A stretch of DNA of 55,716 nt from Tubiluchus corallicola (GCA_030141605.1 JAQGDQ010001203.1:1-55716); one strand, 5' to 3'; positions 23,434-36,369 are shown, counted from the stretch's first letter. Numbers and translations are program-made. Notes: generated by a model not told the origin, from the sequence alone.

Positions 23434-23610
23434 CTTTTCATGCCAAGTAAGCAGAAGCCCACTACTACCATCTGATGGCACTTCGAATCCCTTGTATATA
23501 TACTTCATCAACATATCAACAGTTTCTTTGTCCAATGTCTTGATGGCATTTTCAACTTCGCTACTTTTGAATGACGTCAGAACACGCATTACGAGTTGGA
23601 AGCTTTTCTC
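23434..23610 (-). CDS. ARPC5: ARPC5 exon 3 (EKSFQLVMRVLTSFKSSEVENAIKTLDKETVDMLMKYIYKGFEVPSDGSSGLLLTWHEK)
   Basis: ttacag acceptor, AAG|GTAAAT donor, 177 nt, hallmark D.LMKYIYKGFE...LL.WHEK. Confidence 0.97.
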
Positions 23611-23829
23611 CTGTAACAATGCAAACACAATGCAGAAGTGCATTGTAGAGATGCAACTGTTTACAAGCTTGCTTTTGAAAATCTCAAGCAAAGATCATAA
23701 TGCATTTTTTTAAAGTGCACTGACATAGCACTAAATGCTCTGTATTTAACTGCAACAATGATTTATAACAGTCTTGCAAATTGGTTACAACAATCTAATG
23801 GTTACAACATTGGTTACAACATTACTAAG

Positions 23830-23930
23830 CAAGCAGTACAACTTTGGAATTCATTACCGACATCACTAAAACACAGCAGCTCTTTATCAATATTTAAGTC
23901 TAAATTAAAAAAACATTTAATGACTCGTTT
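23830..23930 (+). mobile_element. L2/CR1-type LINE C-terminal remnant
   Basis: AVQLWNSLPTSLKHSSSLSIFKSKLKKHL. Confidence 0.65.
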
Positions 23931-24610
23931 TGAATATCTGACATACGAACACGATGATTAATGTTTAAAGATCATAATGCTACATTAAAAAATAAACAAA
24001 TTCTGTTGCTTATATTTCATAAATTATAAAATGAAATGTGATTTTGCTGAAGTAAATTCAAACAGGGTTTGATATTTCGGTTGCCTGGGCCTGGAGACGC
24101 TAAAACTTCACAGTGGTCAGCACTGAAGATACGCCGCATTGCTGGTATAAGCATGTCACAAACTGTCATGTAAACGAAACTTTTGCTTTATTTGAACTGA
24201 TTTAGTAAATATTTTTCAACAGTTTTTGACATCTAGGAGAAAAGAAAAGGCAAATTGGAAAAATACTAGTAAAATCTGGGAAAAATGCTACCGGAAATTA
24301 TCCAATATTTCCGTTAGGAAATTTAATTAATTTCAGAGTAATTATCGGCAAATCGAAATCAAAACTTCATTTCAGTAACATCCCTGAGTCAAACCTCGTT
24401 ATAACATCCCCTTTACAAAGCCAAACTCGCTAAAACTCCAACTTTTTTGCAGTCCCAAAGTAGACGGTATAAAAGGGTTTAGCTGTAGGTGAATCTTTTC
24501 ATACTTTCACTATGTGAGCTAGCGATCTGTGCACAAATTTATAAAGAAAATGCTTTTATAACTATTCGGTAAACTTAGTCAATAATCTGCAGATTATATT
24601 CAGTCTAAGG

Positions 24611-25043
24611 CAGGGTTGTGCAAACTGCAGCCCGCGGGCCACTTGCGGCCCGCCGAGAGATCTTGTGCGGTCCGCGAAGAGGTTTGTCAACGTAATGAAA
24701 GTGCGGCCCATGCGATCCAGCTGAAGTCCGCACCAATATCGCAAAGATAGTGCGGGTAGTTTTTTCCTCTAGATCGGATGGCATTAACCCTTGCAAGACC
24801 GTTAACACTTAATGTCACTGTCGGACATGACGAAATATATGGTTTTTAATATAAATTTTAATAACTTCTAAAATAGTTTCTTGAGTATAGTAGTGCAGTA
24901 GTAATGATGTGCGCAAATCGGATGCAAAAAATCGTTATTAGGTCCTACTATACTTGGCTCCTTGACCAAACTGCCTGTGGCCCCACAGGAAATGTGAGAA
25001 AGTTTAATGTAGCCCGGCTAGTCAGATAATTTGCAAACCCCTG
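24611..25043. mobile_element. hAT (Charlie-like) MITE with a perfect 8-bp TSD
   Basis: gtctaagg|cagggttgtgcaaact ... ttgcaaacccctg|gtctaagg. Confidence 0.9.
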
Positions 25044-26162
25044 GTCTAAGGCATTTAAAAACATGCAGTCATCACGGTGGCTTAACAAATTGCTTTCTCA
25101 TCTCACCCTGAACTAATAAATATTAATCAAACGGCAACAAACGACAACTTATTCGAACTTATCATCCAAATAAACTTCCTCGCAGGTTCCGTCTGGCACC
25201 CCCCCTTGACACGCCCCACCCATCACTTTATCCCTGTTCGTTCCCCAGTCATAAATCTTCCCGTCGTCAACTCTTTGGTCAATAACATTCATCGAACATT
25301 TACTAACTTCTGCAGGTGCTGTATCGTTTTGGATGGCCGACACGCCGTGCTGCATTTTGCCTCGTGCGGAGTCTCCTACGTATATTTAGTTTAATTTTGT
25401 TTGCTGTAGAAATTTGCAATCATTTTATTGACTTATACAATGTTCACAGATGATGGTGGAATGTAGAATAACTGTATAACTTGTTTCGTTGCCATAAAAA
25501 TTCTCTCCACGCACAGTAGCATAAAAGCAACAAACAATTTATTGAGAAAACCTTGTATTCAAAAACATAACCTTTTACATTGCTGTCTTTTGATCAACTG
25601 GAACTTGCATGCCTGAGAGAATAAAGCTCTAATCACATGACCAGACATACTATCGTATTATATACTAAGTTCCTATTGGAAGGTACATCAAATTCATGCA
25701 TACAGACCTTAAATAGAAAGGTCACCTATATTCTACAGACTACTAGTTAAACCAAAATCAAAGTCTACTTGGCTTCTTTGATAGCAGAATAAAGATTATT
25801 GGTTTACAGAAAGCTGTGTTATAATGTTATAATTTTTCTCTATTTAAATTTGAATGAGAGAGTTAGAACCAGAATTAAAGCATGAAATTAACAACCTAAT
25901 TACTCTGTAAAAGTAATGACTATCTATAAAAGCAAAAGGAAACAATATTTAGAAAGAAAAAATCACTCTCTGACAAACTTTGTACAATTAGAGTGTAGAT
26001 GGCAGCATAGACTAAATCAGTACTTTAGTGTAGTAGACTGACAATTAAATGGATACCACAATCGCGTACTCGGTACAATATGCGACATTTGCACTGTAAA
26101 ATGTTGCTACCACTGATCATGACTAAATAAAGTAAATGATGCATAATCATAACAATGATTAC

Positions 26163-26235
26163 CTTTATTGCTTGATTCTTTGATCCTATAGGCGGGTTCT
26201 TTAAGACAAGTTGTAATGCTTCCACATTCTTTGAC
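26163..26235 (-). CDS. ARPC5: ARPC5 exon 2 (SKNVEALQLVLKNPPIGSKNQAIK)
   Basis: Matches ALQ..LKNPP; preceded by an AC acceptor, followed by AAG|GTAATC; 73 nt keeps the frame. Confidence 0.95.
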
Positions 26236-26342
26236 GTAAAATATGTAATTAAGGAACAAACTCAGAATTATTTCCCAACAGTAAGCTTTTTTTTACTACT
26301 CTTGAGGCAGAATAAAAGAACTGAAGCAAAACAGTGTAGTTC

Positions 26343-26873
26343 CAGGGATGAGAATTTTCTGCAGATACGCAAATTCCGAGTTTTTGGAAGACCTGTAGTG
26401 CCATTTTTGTAAATCGCGTGAATTCGTTGAGAAAATTTTTACGGACCCAGTACATTATTTCACAAGCTGACCGCTAGTTGGCAGTCCGTCACTTTGTTTA
26501 CATCACGTGCATCAGTGTAACCACGTGTATATCTCTATGTATAAAAATATAGAATCAATTGTGCGGAGTTATTTGAGTCAATTGCAGACAGTTTTTATAT
26601 ACTTTTGCATAGGAGCGGCCAGTACTTAGGCGTTTTTGAGACAATTAGATATCATGTATCCTTGAATTAAATTATAAATTATGCATGAAACAAGGTAATT
26701 GATATTTTAAGTCCACTTATTTTAAGTATCTATGGTCACAAAATTGCTATCTGTTGATTTGCCCCCTTGAAGCCCCATGGGGACTTTGCCCCTCAACCTG
26801 ATTAGGGGCCTATGTGGCCCCAAAACCCCTGGCTGGTTTCAAAGTTTTTTGCAATTTGTCATTCTCATCCCTT
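26343..26873 (+). mobile_element. MITE family D copy inside the U12 intron
   Basis: cagggatgagaa...ttctcatccct; homologous to 20083..20552. Confidence 0.85.
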
Positions 26874-27543
26874 TAAGACTAATTTGCACTATTTTTGTTG
26901 ATATTATTAAGTTTTTTGCATTATTTTCTTTGCATAACACCTACAGACAACATATCCATTGCCTCACGTTCTTCTTTTCTTTTTTCTATCCTGTCCTGTA
27001 CTAAAACCGATCTTTCTGATCTTCAATGTTATTTTGGTCATTCGCTATCATGTTACCCACGCAAGCTCTGTTTCCTGCCTACAGTGGAGTAATTATGTTC
27101 TAAATTTATTGTTTACTGATTTTGTATTGTTCTCATTCTTTGTTGTTTCGAGCATAGATTGTATTGTTACTGCATATAGAGCAACTAAATTTTAGCTTCC
27201 TATTGCCCAGATATGATGCAGCAAATTGAAGAAACTTCTGACATCTTTCGCAAATTAATATACCATCATCATCGTCATCATATGCCCGTCACGTCTATTG
27301 TAGACATTGTGCAGGCAGAATTCTAAAATAAAAGACATCTGCCTTCAGACTGGTAAACGCAGCAGTAATCCAGCAAAAAAAAAACTAGACACTGCTACGC
27401 CAGTGGCTTGTCAGCACCACTTCCGTTTAAATATAGTAGATATACAATATGTGAGAAATATGACTTGTCTTCGAAGACTAGTGAGTTTCCAAATATGCTC
27501 TTATTAATATCAACTAAGTGGATTACGAAACTTCAAAGGATAT

Positions 27544-27683
27544 AAATTGAGCAATTGGGTCACTTGATTCTCATCAGGTCCAGCATCGCCTACGTCTTCT
27601 GAGGTTTCTTCTTGGTAGTTGTCCTCATTGTACTGGTCCACATCTACAGTCCTAAACTGCGTGGAAGAAGTTGCCTTAGCCAT
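27544..27683 (-). CDS. ARPC5: ARPC5 coding exon 1, proximal duplicate copy
   Basis: MAKATSSTQFRTVDVDQYNEDNYQEETSEDVGDAGPDENQVTQLLN; 140 nt, then a U12 donor. Confidence 0.8.
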
Positions 27684-27931
27684 TTAGATTTAAATTCACA
27701 AGATCTACGCTAACATCCGTCCCTCCCAGCCGGATGGTTGTTTAAACGCAGCAGTAATCCAGCAAAAAAAAACTAGACACTGCTACGCCAGTGGCTTGTC
27801 AGCACCACTTCCGTTTAAATATAGTAGATATACAATATGTGAGAAATATGACTAGTCTTCGAAGACTAGTGAGTTTCCAAATATGCTCTTATTAATATCA
27901 ACTAAGTGGATTACGAAACTTCAAAGGATAT

Positions 27932-28071
27932 AAATTGAGCAATTGGGTCACTTGATTCTCATCAGGTCCAGCATCGCCTACGTCTTCTGAGGTTTCTTCT
28001 TGGTAGTTGTCCTCATTGTACTGGTCCACATCTACAGTCCTAAACTGCGTGGAAGAAGTTGCCTTAGCCAT
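27932..28071 (-). CDS. ARPC5: ARPC5 coding exon 1, distal copy next to the presumed promoter
   Basis: Same coding sequence as 27544..27683; 140+73+177+63 = 453 nt = 150 aa plus stop. Confidence 0.9.
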
Positions 28072-29357
28072 TTAGATTTAAATTCACAAGATCTACGCTA
28101 ACATCCGTCCCTCCCAGCCGGATGGTTGTTGCATTGTTTTGAAGTTGAACGCTCGCAGTTGAAATTTCATGTTAAATGATTTTATTGCTAATGTACTGCT
28201 AATTTACGTTTAAACCATGGAGCTAGATGATGTGTAACAAGCATTATAAAGTGAACTTTAAATTGAATTCCACATAATAATTATAATCATACTGCTGGAC
28301 TTATCTATTTATATAACAATGTGTGGGGTTACAGCAGTTTTTGACACTGGATTTTTACACAATAGTTTTGGGCCCATAGATTTCGGATACACAAGCCATT
28401 TAGACTAAGAAACAGTTAGACAGTAGATACTAGCAGTTTTGGATACGTAGGTCATTTGGACACGTAGGACTTTAAGTAATTTGAACACATAGGACATTTG
28501 AACACAATGTGATATGGACACCTGTGTAATTTAGACACCTATAAGCTCTTTAGACACTAAGGGTTGAAATATAAAACATTTGGACACTAGCTGATTTTCA
28601 CACCAGATATTTAGAAATGTGGATAATTTGGATGCATTAACCGTACCAAGCATACCATTTGGATTGAATCCAGAGTCATAATCATTTAGCAATATTTGTT
28701 ATTTAATTATACCCAGTTCTTGGAGATGGATGAGTTAAAGTCACCTTTTTGCAATATTCATAAATATTAATGTCGATATCCAAATGTTGTGATGGTAGAA
28801 CTGTGAACTGCAACAACTGCGATTGACACTGAACAGCAATTGTGATGGACATGGCGAGATTTCTTGCTGTAACTTTTCATGAAAAATGAAATCTACTACT
28901 CAAATAAGTGTGATAATAATATTGTACAGATTAAACTGTCTAGGTGTTAATTAAAGCTAAATGACGAACATCAGCAAGAGAAAATTTTCTTGATTGTAAA
29001 ATGGTTATGAGGACAACCGTCTAAAATGTCACGCTGGTCCAGAATCTACATTTGTACGCATCGTGCCTCAATGAAATAAACAGATGGTATGAGAATTGAA
29101 ACAGCACAGAAGCGGTTTTTCTCACAGTCATCCATCCATTTCTTTATCAGCTTTGACTATCTTAACTTTAAATGCTAAGAACGTAATGTGAACAGTCAGT
29201 TGTTAGCCACTGCTGCTCCTATATAGGATTTCTTGTCTAACAACTAAACTTATTAAAAATAAAACTACAATAGTTTTGCAGTCTGTAAACACTTCAGCAA
29301 TATGCAAAGCATGTGGCTCCATCTATTAAGAAAATAATAACAAGGAAGCATTACAAA

Positions 29358-29838
29358 CAATGGCGGCTCGTGTATGGATACTGCGAAACTGCAGCACCCC
29401 CTATTTTCACTTAATATTATCGATAATATTCAATATAAGAAGTCTTTTTTCTTTAGTTCTTTCTTTATACTTGTACGGAATGAGAGCACATGAGGGTAGT
29501 ACTGTTTGCTTCACAGCCCAGCACAGGGGGCTCCAGGAACGTGGTGTTTAGCTGTCGTGCGCATGCGGCCACGTCTGAGTCCAACTAGAAAAAGTATTGT
29601 CGCTAACACAGTTTGTTGTCAGTTCTCACGTGCTTACAGTGGATTAAGCTTGAACCGCGACAATTTAGGCTATTAGTAAGCAAAAAATATTTTTTGTTTA
29701 CGATTTTATCAAGTTTATGTATAAATATTTTCATATGTTTGTTTGTTTACAATTACAACATTAAAATCACATACTTGTTACGTTTTACACAGTATTAAAA
29801 CAATTGCTAAAAATTTTCTGAAGCAGCACCCCCGCTAA
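29358..29838 (+). mobile_element. MITE family C copy, right end replaced by a satellite
   Basis: caatggcggctcgtgtat...aattttctgaagcagcaccc; homologous to 4301..4688. Confidence 0.75.
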
Positions 29839-29844
29839 TTATTT

Positions 29845-30490
29845 TAATGTTCTTTGAAATCATATTTGTCTGAAATCATGTTCATTCTTGAATCTGAGTC
29901 TCTTAAATATGTCGACATTCGTGTTCTTTGAAATCATATTTGTCTGAAATCATGATCGTTCTTGAATCTGAGTCTGTTAAATATGTCGACATTCGTGTCC
30001 TTTTATGTTCTTTGAAATCATATTTGTTTGAAATCATATTCGTTCTTGAATCTGAGTCTCTTAAATTTGTTGACATTCGTGTTCTTTAATGTCCTTTGAA
30101 ATCATGTTTGTCTGAAATCTTGTTCGTTCTTGAATCTGAGTCTGTTAAATATGTCGGCATTCGTGTTCTTTAATGTTCTTTGAAATCATATTTGTCTGAA
30201 ATCTTGTTTGTTCTTGAATCTGAGTCTCTTAAATATGTCGACATTCGTGTTCTTTAATGTCTTTGAAATCATATTTGTCTGAAATCTTGTTTGTTCTTGA
30301 ACCTGAGTCTCTTAAATATGTCGACATTCGTGTTCTTTAATGTTCTTTGAAATCATATTTGTCTGAAATCATATCTGTTCTTGAATCTGAGTCTGTTAAA
30401 TATGTCGACATTCGTGTTCTTTGAAATCATATTTGTCTGAAATCTTGTTTGTTCTTGAATCTGAGTCTCTTAAATATGTCGACATTCGTA
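29845..30490. repeat. ~70-83-bp tandem repeat, about 8 units
   Basis: Recurring ttgaaatcatatttgtctgaaatc...ttgaatctgagtctcttaaatatgtcgacattcgt. Confidence 0.95.
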
Positions 30491-31011
30491 CCTTAGAGAC
30501 ATGTCAGATGCACTACCCCTTTTAAGTCAGAAACAGAAAAAATTGAAGTCGTTCATTGATTTATTTTATAATGTTAACTCCGCGAACTATAAGTACCCTA
30601 AACCTTCCTCCTCTACCTCCCCCTCCCCCTCCCCCTCCCGAGTATTATGCCCTTAAATAAACACATTTATGCGCAACTGCATCACGCATTCCTCACACTC
30701 GCTGTGGTGTAACATCCGATCTTATATAAAAAAAGTGAAATTTTAAAATTTATAAATCATGATATAATAACGCTCGTTAAATTAATAACAATTTTAAGAA
30801 GTTATAATTTAAATAATAATAATTTTACTACCACCTATCAACGCAATACATTACAATATGTATAATGTGTTGGGAACCGAAAGGGAAGCTTTATAAAGTG
30901 GTGTTTTTAAGCAATAAATCCCGACTCTGTATTGGATGTATGCAGAACTCTCTCCGGCCATCGTTTCAACTATTTTGGCTTAGTAACCATAGGTTTAATT
31001 TTTGCTATAAC

Positions 31012-31076
31012 TTGACCGGGAGTCGAACCCACGCCTCTCAGTAGAAAGTAAACAAATTACCCTAAGCTACCTAGTC
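31012..31076 (-). mobile_element. tRNA-derived SINE head
   Basis: Minus strand tagcttagggtaa...gggttcgactccc (A and B boxes). Confidence 0.55.
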
Positions 31077-33098
31077 TGACTCCATCATCATTATTATTGC
31101 CTTAAGTACTGATTGTTCGGAACTGAATTAGAACAAATGACAATGTTTTAGACAGCTATTAGACACGCCCAATTTCCAGTTTACAGATTGACAACGTGGC
31201 GCCATCTTCAGGCGTTCCTCAAAAGAACAATAATCTCTGAAAACTGAACGACTTTCATAATGCAGCGCCACGCTCGCCGTCACTTATAAATACGATTGAA
31301 AAAGGTAACCATTTAATAATCCGGCGCCACCTTCAGGCCCACGAAAGTACTATTTGAATACTAAAGCACTTGAAATGCGTTGCTGTTGCCACACGAAATA
31401 ATCCTATATACCATTCTCTACTAATCCAGTTAACAAAGTGGCGCCATCTTTCGTAAGCATTCCAAGTACTTTATAGGTATTAAACATTTGTCACAGAAAC
31501 TGATTATAAAAACGGCATTCACTCCTACTGCACCGTAAATGACTATAAAAAGCTTTAGCACTAAGCGAGTCAACGTCAAGCTCTGAACAGAATAAGACCT
31601 CCAAGAATGACAAATCAGGTGCCAATAACAAGTTTGTTCAATTCAACTGAGGTTTATTTGTCTTGTGCAATTCAAAAAAATTTTTTTTGATGATTTATGC
31701 TAATATGGTGATAAAAGCTATGTCATATTTTTTTTCATACACCCGTTTGAGTAGTGAGTTCGCACTTAAAACTAAGTTTTTAAAAAATCGTTTTTCGTCT
31801 TTTGGTTTTAACAAACTTTGTATCAGCTTTACACTGTAGCAACGGCACGGATTCTGTGCATTACTTTAGTTGCTTCAATTATTTATTATTAATAGAGTTC
31901 TATTATTCCAGCTTTTTTATAAAAATTGCTGCAGATTTAAATGTTAAAAATCCAAGACGAAGTGTATTTCTCTTTCATTAAAAACGTTCATTTATAAGAA
32001 TGTCATTTTAAATAATCTCAGTCAATGATTTCAATTATAAATGCTATGGAATTATCCAAAAACTGCATTATGCCTGCTGAAGTATAAATGTAGCAGAAAC
32101 CTATTTATCAGGTGAAGCGGTAGCAAGTTTTAAATGCATAGGTTAAAGACAAAATTCTGCAGAGAATTTGACTCAAAATTTGTGGATACATGCCCTGCTT
32201 GTTTTTGTTATAGTTTAAAATTTTATGTATCATTTTTGGAAATAAAAAGTACATTGTTATGTTGATAGTTTACGCTAAATGTGTTTCTTTTTTTATTAAA
32301 ATATTGTATCAGTACTCCTAAGGTCGAGCATACTGTGAATTATTTCATTTATCTATATATTTTACTTTTCATTGAATAAGTTTTTCGTAATTTTTATAAA
32401 GGAACAAAACATGAGAATGTTGTCACGTGTAATTTCCAAAAATATTACTTCAACTGAAGCGCAAAAGGCCATGAATGTTCACGAAATGAATTTTTGTTTT
32501 ATTAACTATATTTGCCGCTAACAGAGGGCAGCACGATAACGAAAGCCGTGTAAGAATGCGAGGTATCTTATAAGCCGGCAGCGTAGTAGATAAACAACAG
32601 GAAATGTTAGACTGTCACGTGTATGTGCTTAACTATATGATGATTTTAATGCTTTGTGTCCATCTGCCTAATGCAAACAAATGAAGAAATTACAATTAAA
32701 TATTAAGTGCACAACATAATTAACGTAACCATCCGACATATTTAAAGAGGAATGCAAACTAACTGAAGATCAAATTTCTAATCTCCGTGGATATTTGAAA
32801 TACAATAAAAGCAAGAGATTTCTCTTTTTTGTACCTTGACTGAATTAAATGAAATTTCAACGTTTATGATGGAGGACTAATTATATACAAATAATTGTTT
32901 GGCACTTTCAAGTACAATTATTTAAGTTAATAATTGTCATTTCTGTCTGTTTATTGTTTTGTTTTCCCGTTGTATAATTTTGTGTGTTATTATATTCATG
33001 TATGTATTGTAAATATGTAACTAATTGTATTTGTAAATATACGGCAACAATGGCGGCCGGATGCGGTAGGACGACTGGTAGTTGTTCGTACGGTGGAA

Positions 33099-33302
33099 GA
33101 GGTTATACTGCAAAAGACAAAAGAACAACATTGAAGATCAAAACACTACTTGAATAAACGCGCATTGTTGCTAGTTGAGGGTCTCAGGTCGAGGGTACAG
33201 AGTTAGTGATTGCTGAGGTTATACTGCAAAAGACAAAAGAACAACATTGAACATCAAAACACTACTTGAACAAACGCGCATTGTTGCTAGTTGAGGGTCT
33301 CA
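33099..33302. repeat. Two-copy direct repeat, about 116-bp period
   Basis: gaggttatactgcaaaagacaaaagaacaac occurs twice. Confidence 0.9.
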
Positions 33303-33902
33303 GCAGGTACAGGTGACTGAGCAGCACTGGCCAAGGCCACAACCTGGATCGACTCCAGTTCAATAATAATTTTAAATGTAGGTGGCAGCACACATTATTG
33401 TAGTAGTTTAAGAATCGCAAATAAAATGTGTGGCAAGTGCACCCTGGGACAGCTAACCCGTGTCGTTTTACCAGCTTGTGCGAACATTTTAAATTATTAA
33501 TAATATAATATATTAATTCATATTTTTGTAAGAACAAAAAAGGGAGCAAACAACTAAGCAAAAGTAAAATTAAAACAAGAAACATAAGCAAGTAATCAAG
33601 CAAATGAGCAAGCAAGCAAACATTAAAAACAGGTAGTTAAGCAAGTAAACAAGCGAATGAACAAACTAGCAACCCAGTAAGCAAAAAAAAAACTAAATAA
33701 AGCAAATAAGCAAACGAAACAGCAAAAAGTCAGTGAGCAAAGAATTAAACAAACGAGAAAGCAAGCGTGAAAACAGCAAACAAAACGTACCACCTCCACC
33801 CATTTTCACAACATGCAATACCAAGTTATTGTTTACTTTTTTATTATCAAATGTTTCAGCCGTAAACCTGTAATAATCGCTCGTTTTTTAATATGAATCA
33901 TA

Positions 33903-34976
33903 TGAAAAGCTGACTCAATAACTGCTTGTGGTGTGTTATTAAATGCGTTGTTAAAATGTTGTTGAAAAGCTGACTCAGTAACTGCTTGTGGTGTGTTATT
34001 AAATGCGTTGTTAAATGTTGTTGAAAAGCTGACTCAGTAACTGCTTGTGGTGTGTTATTAAATGCGTTGTTAAAATGTTGTTGAAAAGCTGACCCAGCAA
34101 CTGCTTGTGGTGTGTCATTAAATGCGTTGTTAAAATGTTGTTGAAAAGCTGACTCAGTAACTGCTTGTGGTGTGTTATTAAATGCGTTGTTAAAATGTCG
34201 TTGAAAAGCTGACCCAGCAACTGCTTGTGGTGTGTCATTAAATGCGTTGTTAAAATGTTGTTGAAAAGCTGACCCAGTAACTGCTTGTGGTGTGTCATTA
34301 AATGCGTTGTTAAAATGTTGTTGAAAAGCTGACCCAGTAACTGCTTGTGGTGTGTTATTAAATGCGTTGTTAAAATGTTGTTGAAAAGCTGACTCAGTAA
34401 CTGCTTGTGGTGTGTTATTAAATGCGTTGTTAAAATGTTGTTGAAAGCTGACTCAGTAACTGCTTGTGGTGTGTTATTAAATGCGTTGTTAAAATGTTGT
34501 TGAAAGCTGACTCAGTAACTGCTTGTGGTGTGTCATTAAATGCGTTGTTAAAATGTTGTTGAAAAGCTGACTCAGTAACTGCTTGTGGTGTGTTATTAAA
34601 TGCGTTGTTAAAATGTCGTTGAAAAGCTGACCCAGCAACTGCTTGTGGTGTGTCATTAAATGCGTTGTTAAAATGTCGTTGAAAAGCTGACCCAGTAACT
34701 GCTTGTGGTGTGTCATTAAATGCGTTGTTAAAATGTCGTTGAAAAGCTGACCCAGTAACTGCTTGTGGTGTGTCATTAAATGCGTTGTTAAAATGTTGTT
34801 GAAAAGCTGACTCAGTAACTGCTTGTGGTGTGTTATTAAATGCGTTGTTAAAATGTTGTTGAAAGCTGACTCAGTAACTGCTTGTGGTGTGTCATTAAAT
34901 GCGTTGTTAAAATGTTGTTGAAAGCTGACCCAGCAACTGCTTGTGGTGTGTCATTAAATGCGTTGTTAAAATGTTG
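33903..34976. repeat. 60-bp satellite, about 18 units
   Basis: tgaaaagctgactcagtaactgcttgtggtgtgttattaaatgcgttgttaaaatgttgt. Confidence 0.98.
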
Positions 34977-35187
34977 TGTGTTCTCGTTAATACAACGTTT
35001 TTCCTGCAATTATACATTTAGTTTAAACATCATTTATGGGAGTATACAAGCAGAATAAAAGTATCTGATTTGTTTAAATACAAATTGTTTATTTACAAGC
35101 AATAAGCAATTATGGTGTGGGGGGCGGGGAATCGTGACCCTACAAGGGTTAAGCAAACATACTAACATTACATGAGTAAACATAAAA

Positions 35188-35735
35188 ACACTCCAATTTA
35201 CATTTCAAGAACAAGTCAAATCATTTCATCAAACTATTTACAATGGAGAAAAAAGTAAAAAACTCCAATTTGCATTTCAAGAACAAGTCAAATCATTTCA
35301 GCAAACTATTTACAATGGAGAAAAAAGTAAACTCCAATTTACATTTCAAGAACAAGTCAAATCATTTCATCAAACTATTTACAATGGAGAAAAAAGTAAA
35401 AAAACTCCAATTTACATTTCAAGAACAAGTCAAATCATTTCAGCAAACTATTTACAATGGAGAAAAAAGTAAACTCCAATTTACATTTCAAGAACAAGTC
35501 AAATCATTTCAGCAAACTATTTACAATGGAGAAAAAAGTAAAAAAACTCCAATTTACATTTCAAGAACAAGTCAAATCATTTCATCAAACTATTTACAAT
35601 GGAGAAAAAAGTAAAAAACTCCAATTTACATTTCAAGAACAAGTCAAATCATTTCATCAAACTATTTACAATGGAGAAAAAAGTAAAAAAACTCCAATTT
35701 ACATTTCAAGAACAAGTCAAATCATTTCATCAAAC
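35188..35735. repeat. ~72-76-bp tandem repeat, about 7 units
   Basis: actccaatttacatttcaagaacaagtcaaatcatttc...atggagaaaaaagt. Confidence 0.97.
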
Positions 35736-36369
35736 AATATTCAAAAACCTTCTGTATTTACATATTTACATAATTCTGTAGTTATAGCAGTGGTTATACT
35801 AAGAGTTAAACTGCTATATTACGTACTTATGAAGGCTCGGTAACTGGACCCATGGAGGACTCCGTATTTTTGTTATGATTACTATTATGTTCATTAAAAT
35901 ATATGTAGAAAAAATGTTCAAAACGTTCCAAATCTGTTCAACTGAACATTTCTTTGATGTTCAAAAATGCTCATTCTGACATTGCGAACAAGTTCAAGAT
36001 TCAACTTCTCCTGTTATGAGCAAAAATATTCATTTTAATGTCAGCAAAAAGCTAACGCAGTTTCTCTTTGGAGGTTATTTCAATGTTGGCACGTTAAAAG
36101 CCAGTGCAAGACAGCTTTGTACTGTGAGGATGTGCCAAGTCAAAAGCCAGTGCAAGATGACCCAAACTTCTCTCCTTAAGCTTGGAGAATTACATTTCAA
36201 TTTGAACGTTAATTGCTATTTGCAATTTAGAGCTTCAGCATCATCAGCGGATACATTACAGTTTCTCGGATTTTTTAATATAAAAATATAAAAGTGCTTA
36301 CATATTTCGCATAATATTTAAAGTTGACATTCAACACAAATTTTCTGCAGTGCATTGTATTCTAAAGTG

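Larger units (their letters stand above)
26236..27931 (-). other. U12-type (minor spliceosome) AT-AC intron 1 of ARPC5; alternative donor at 27543
   Basis: 5' site ATATCCTTT at 27931 and at 27543; branch point TTCCTTAAT at 26256..26248; terminal AC at 26237-26236. The phase-2 join TT|G restores the ARPC5 frame. Confidence 0.93.
27354..28130. repeat. Direct tandem duplication, 389 + 388 bp, containing ARPC5 exon 1
   Basis: Units start taaacgcagcagtaatcc at 27354 and 27743; they differ by one A in a poly-A run and one substitution (acttgt/actagt). Confidence 0.97.

Noticed and set aside
23386-23691. 101-aa single-exon ARPC5-like ORF or pseudogene
   Set aside because: It is exon 3 plus intronic read-through; the other exons are present and in frame
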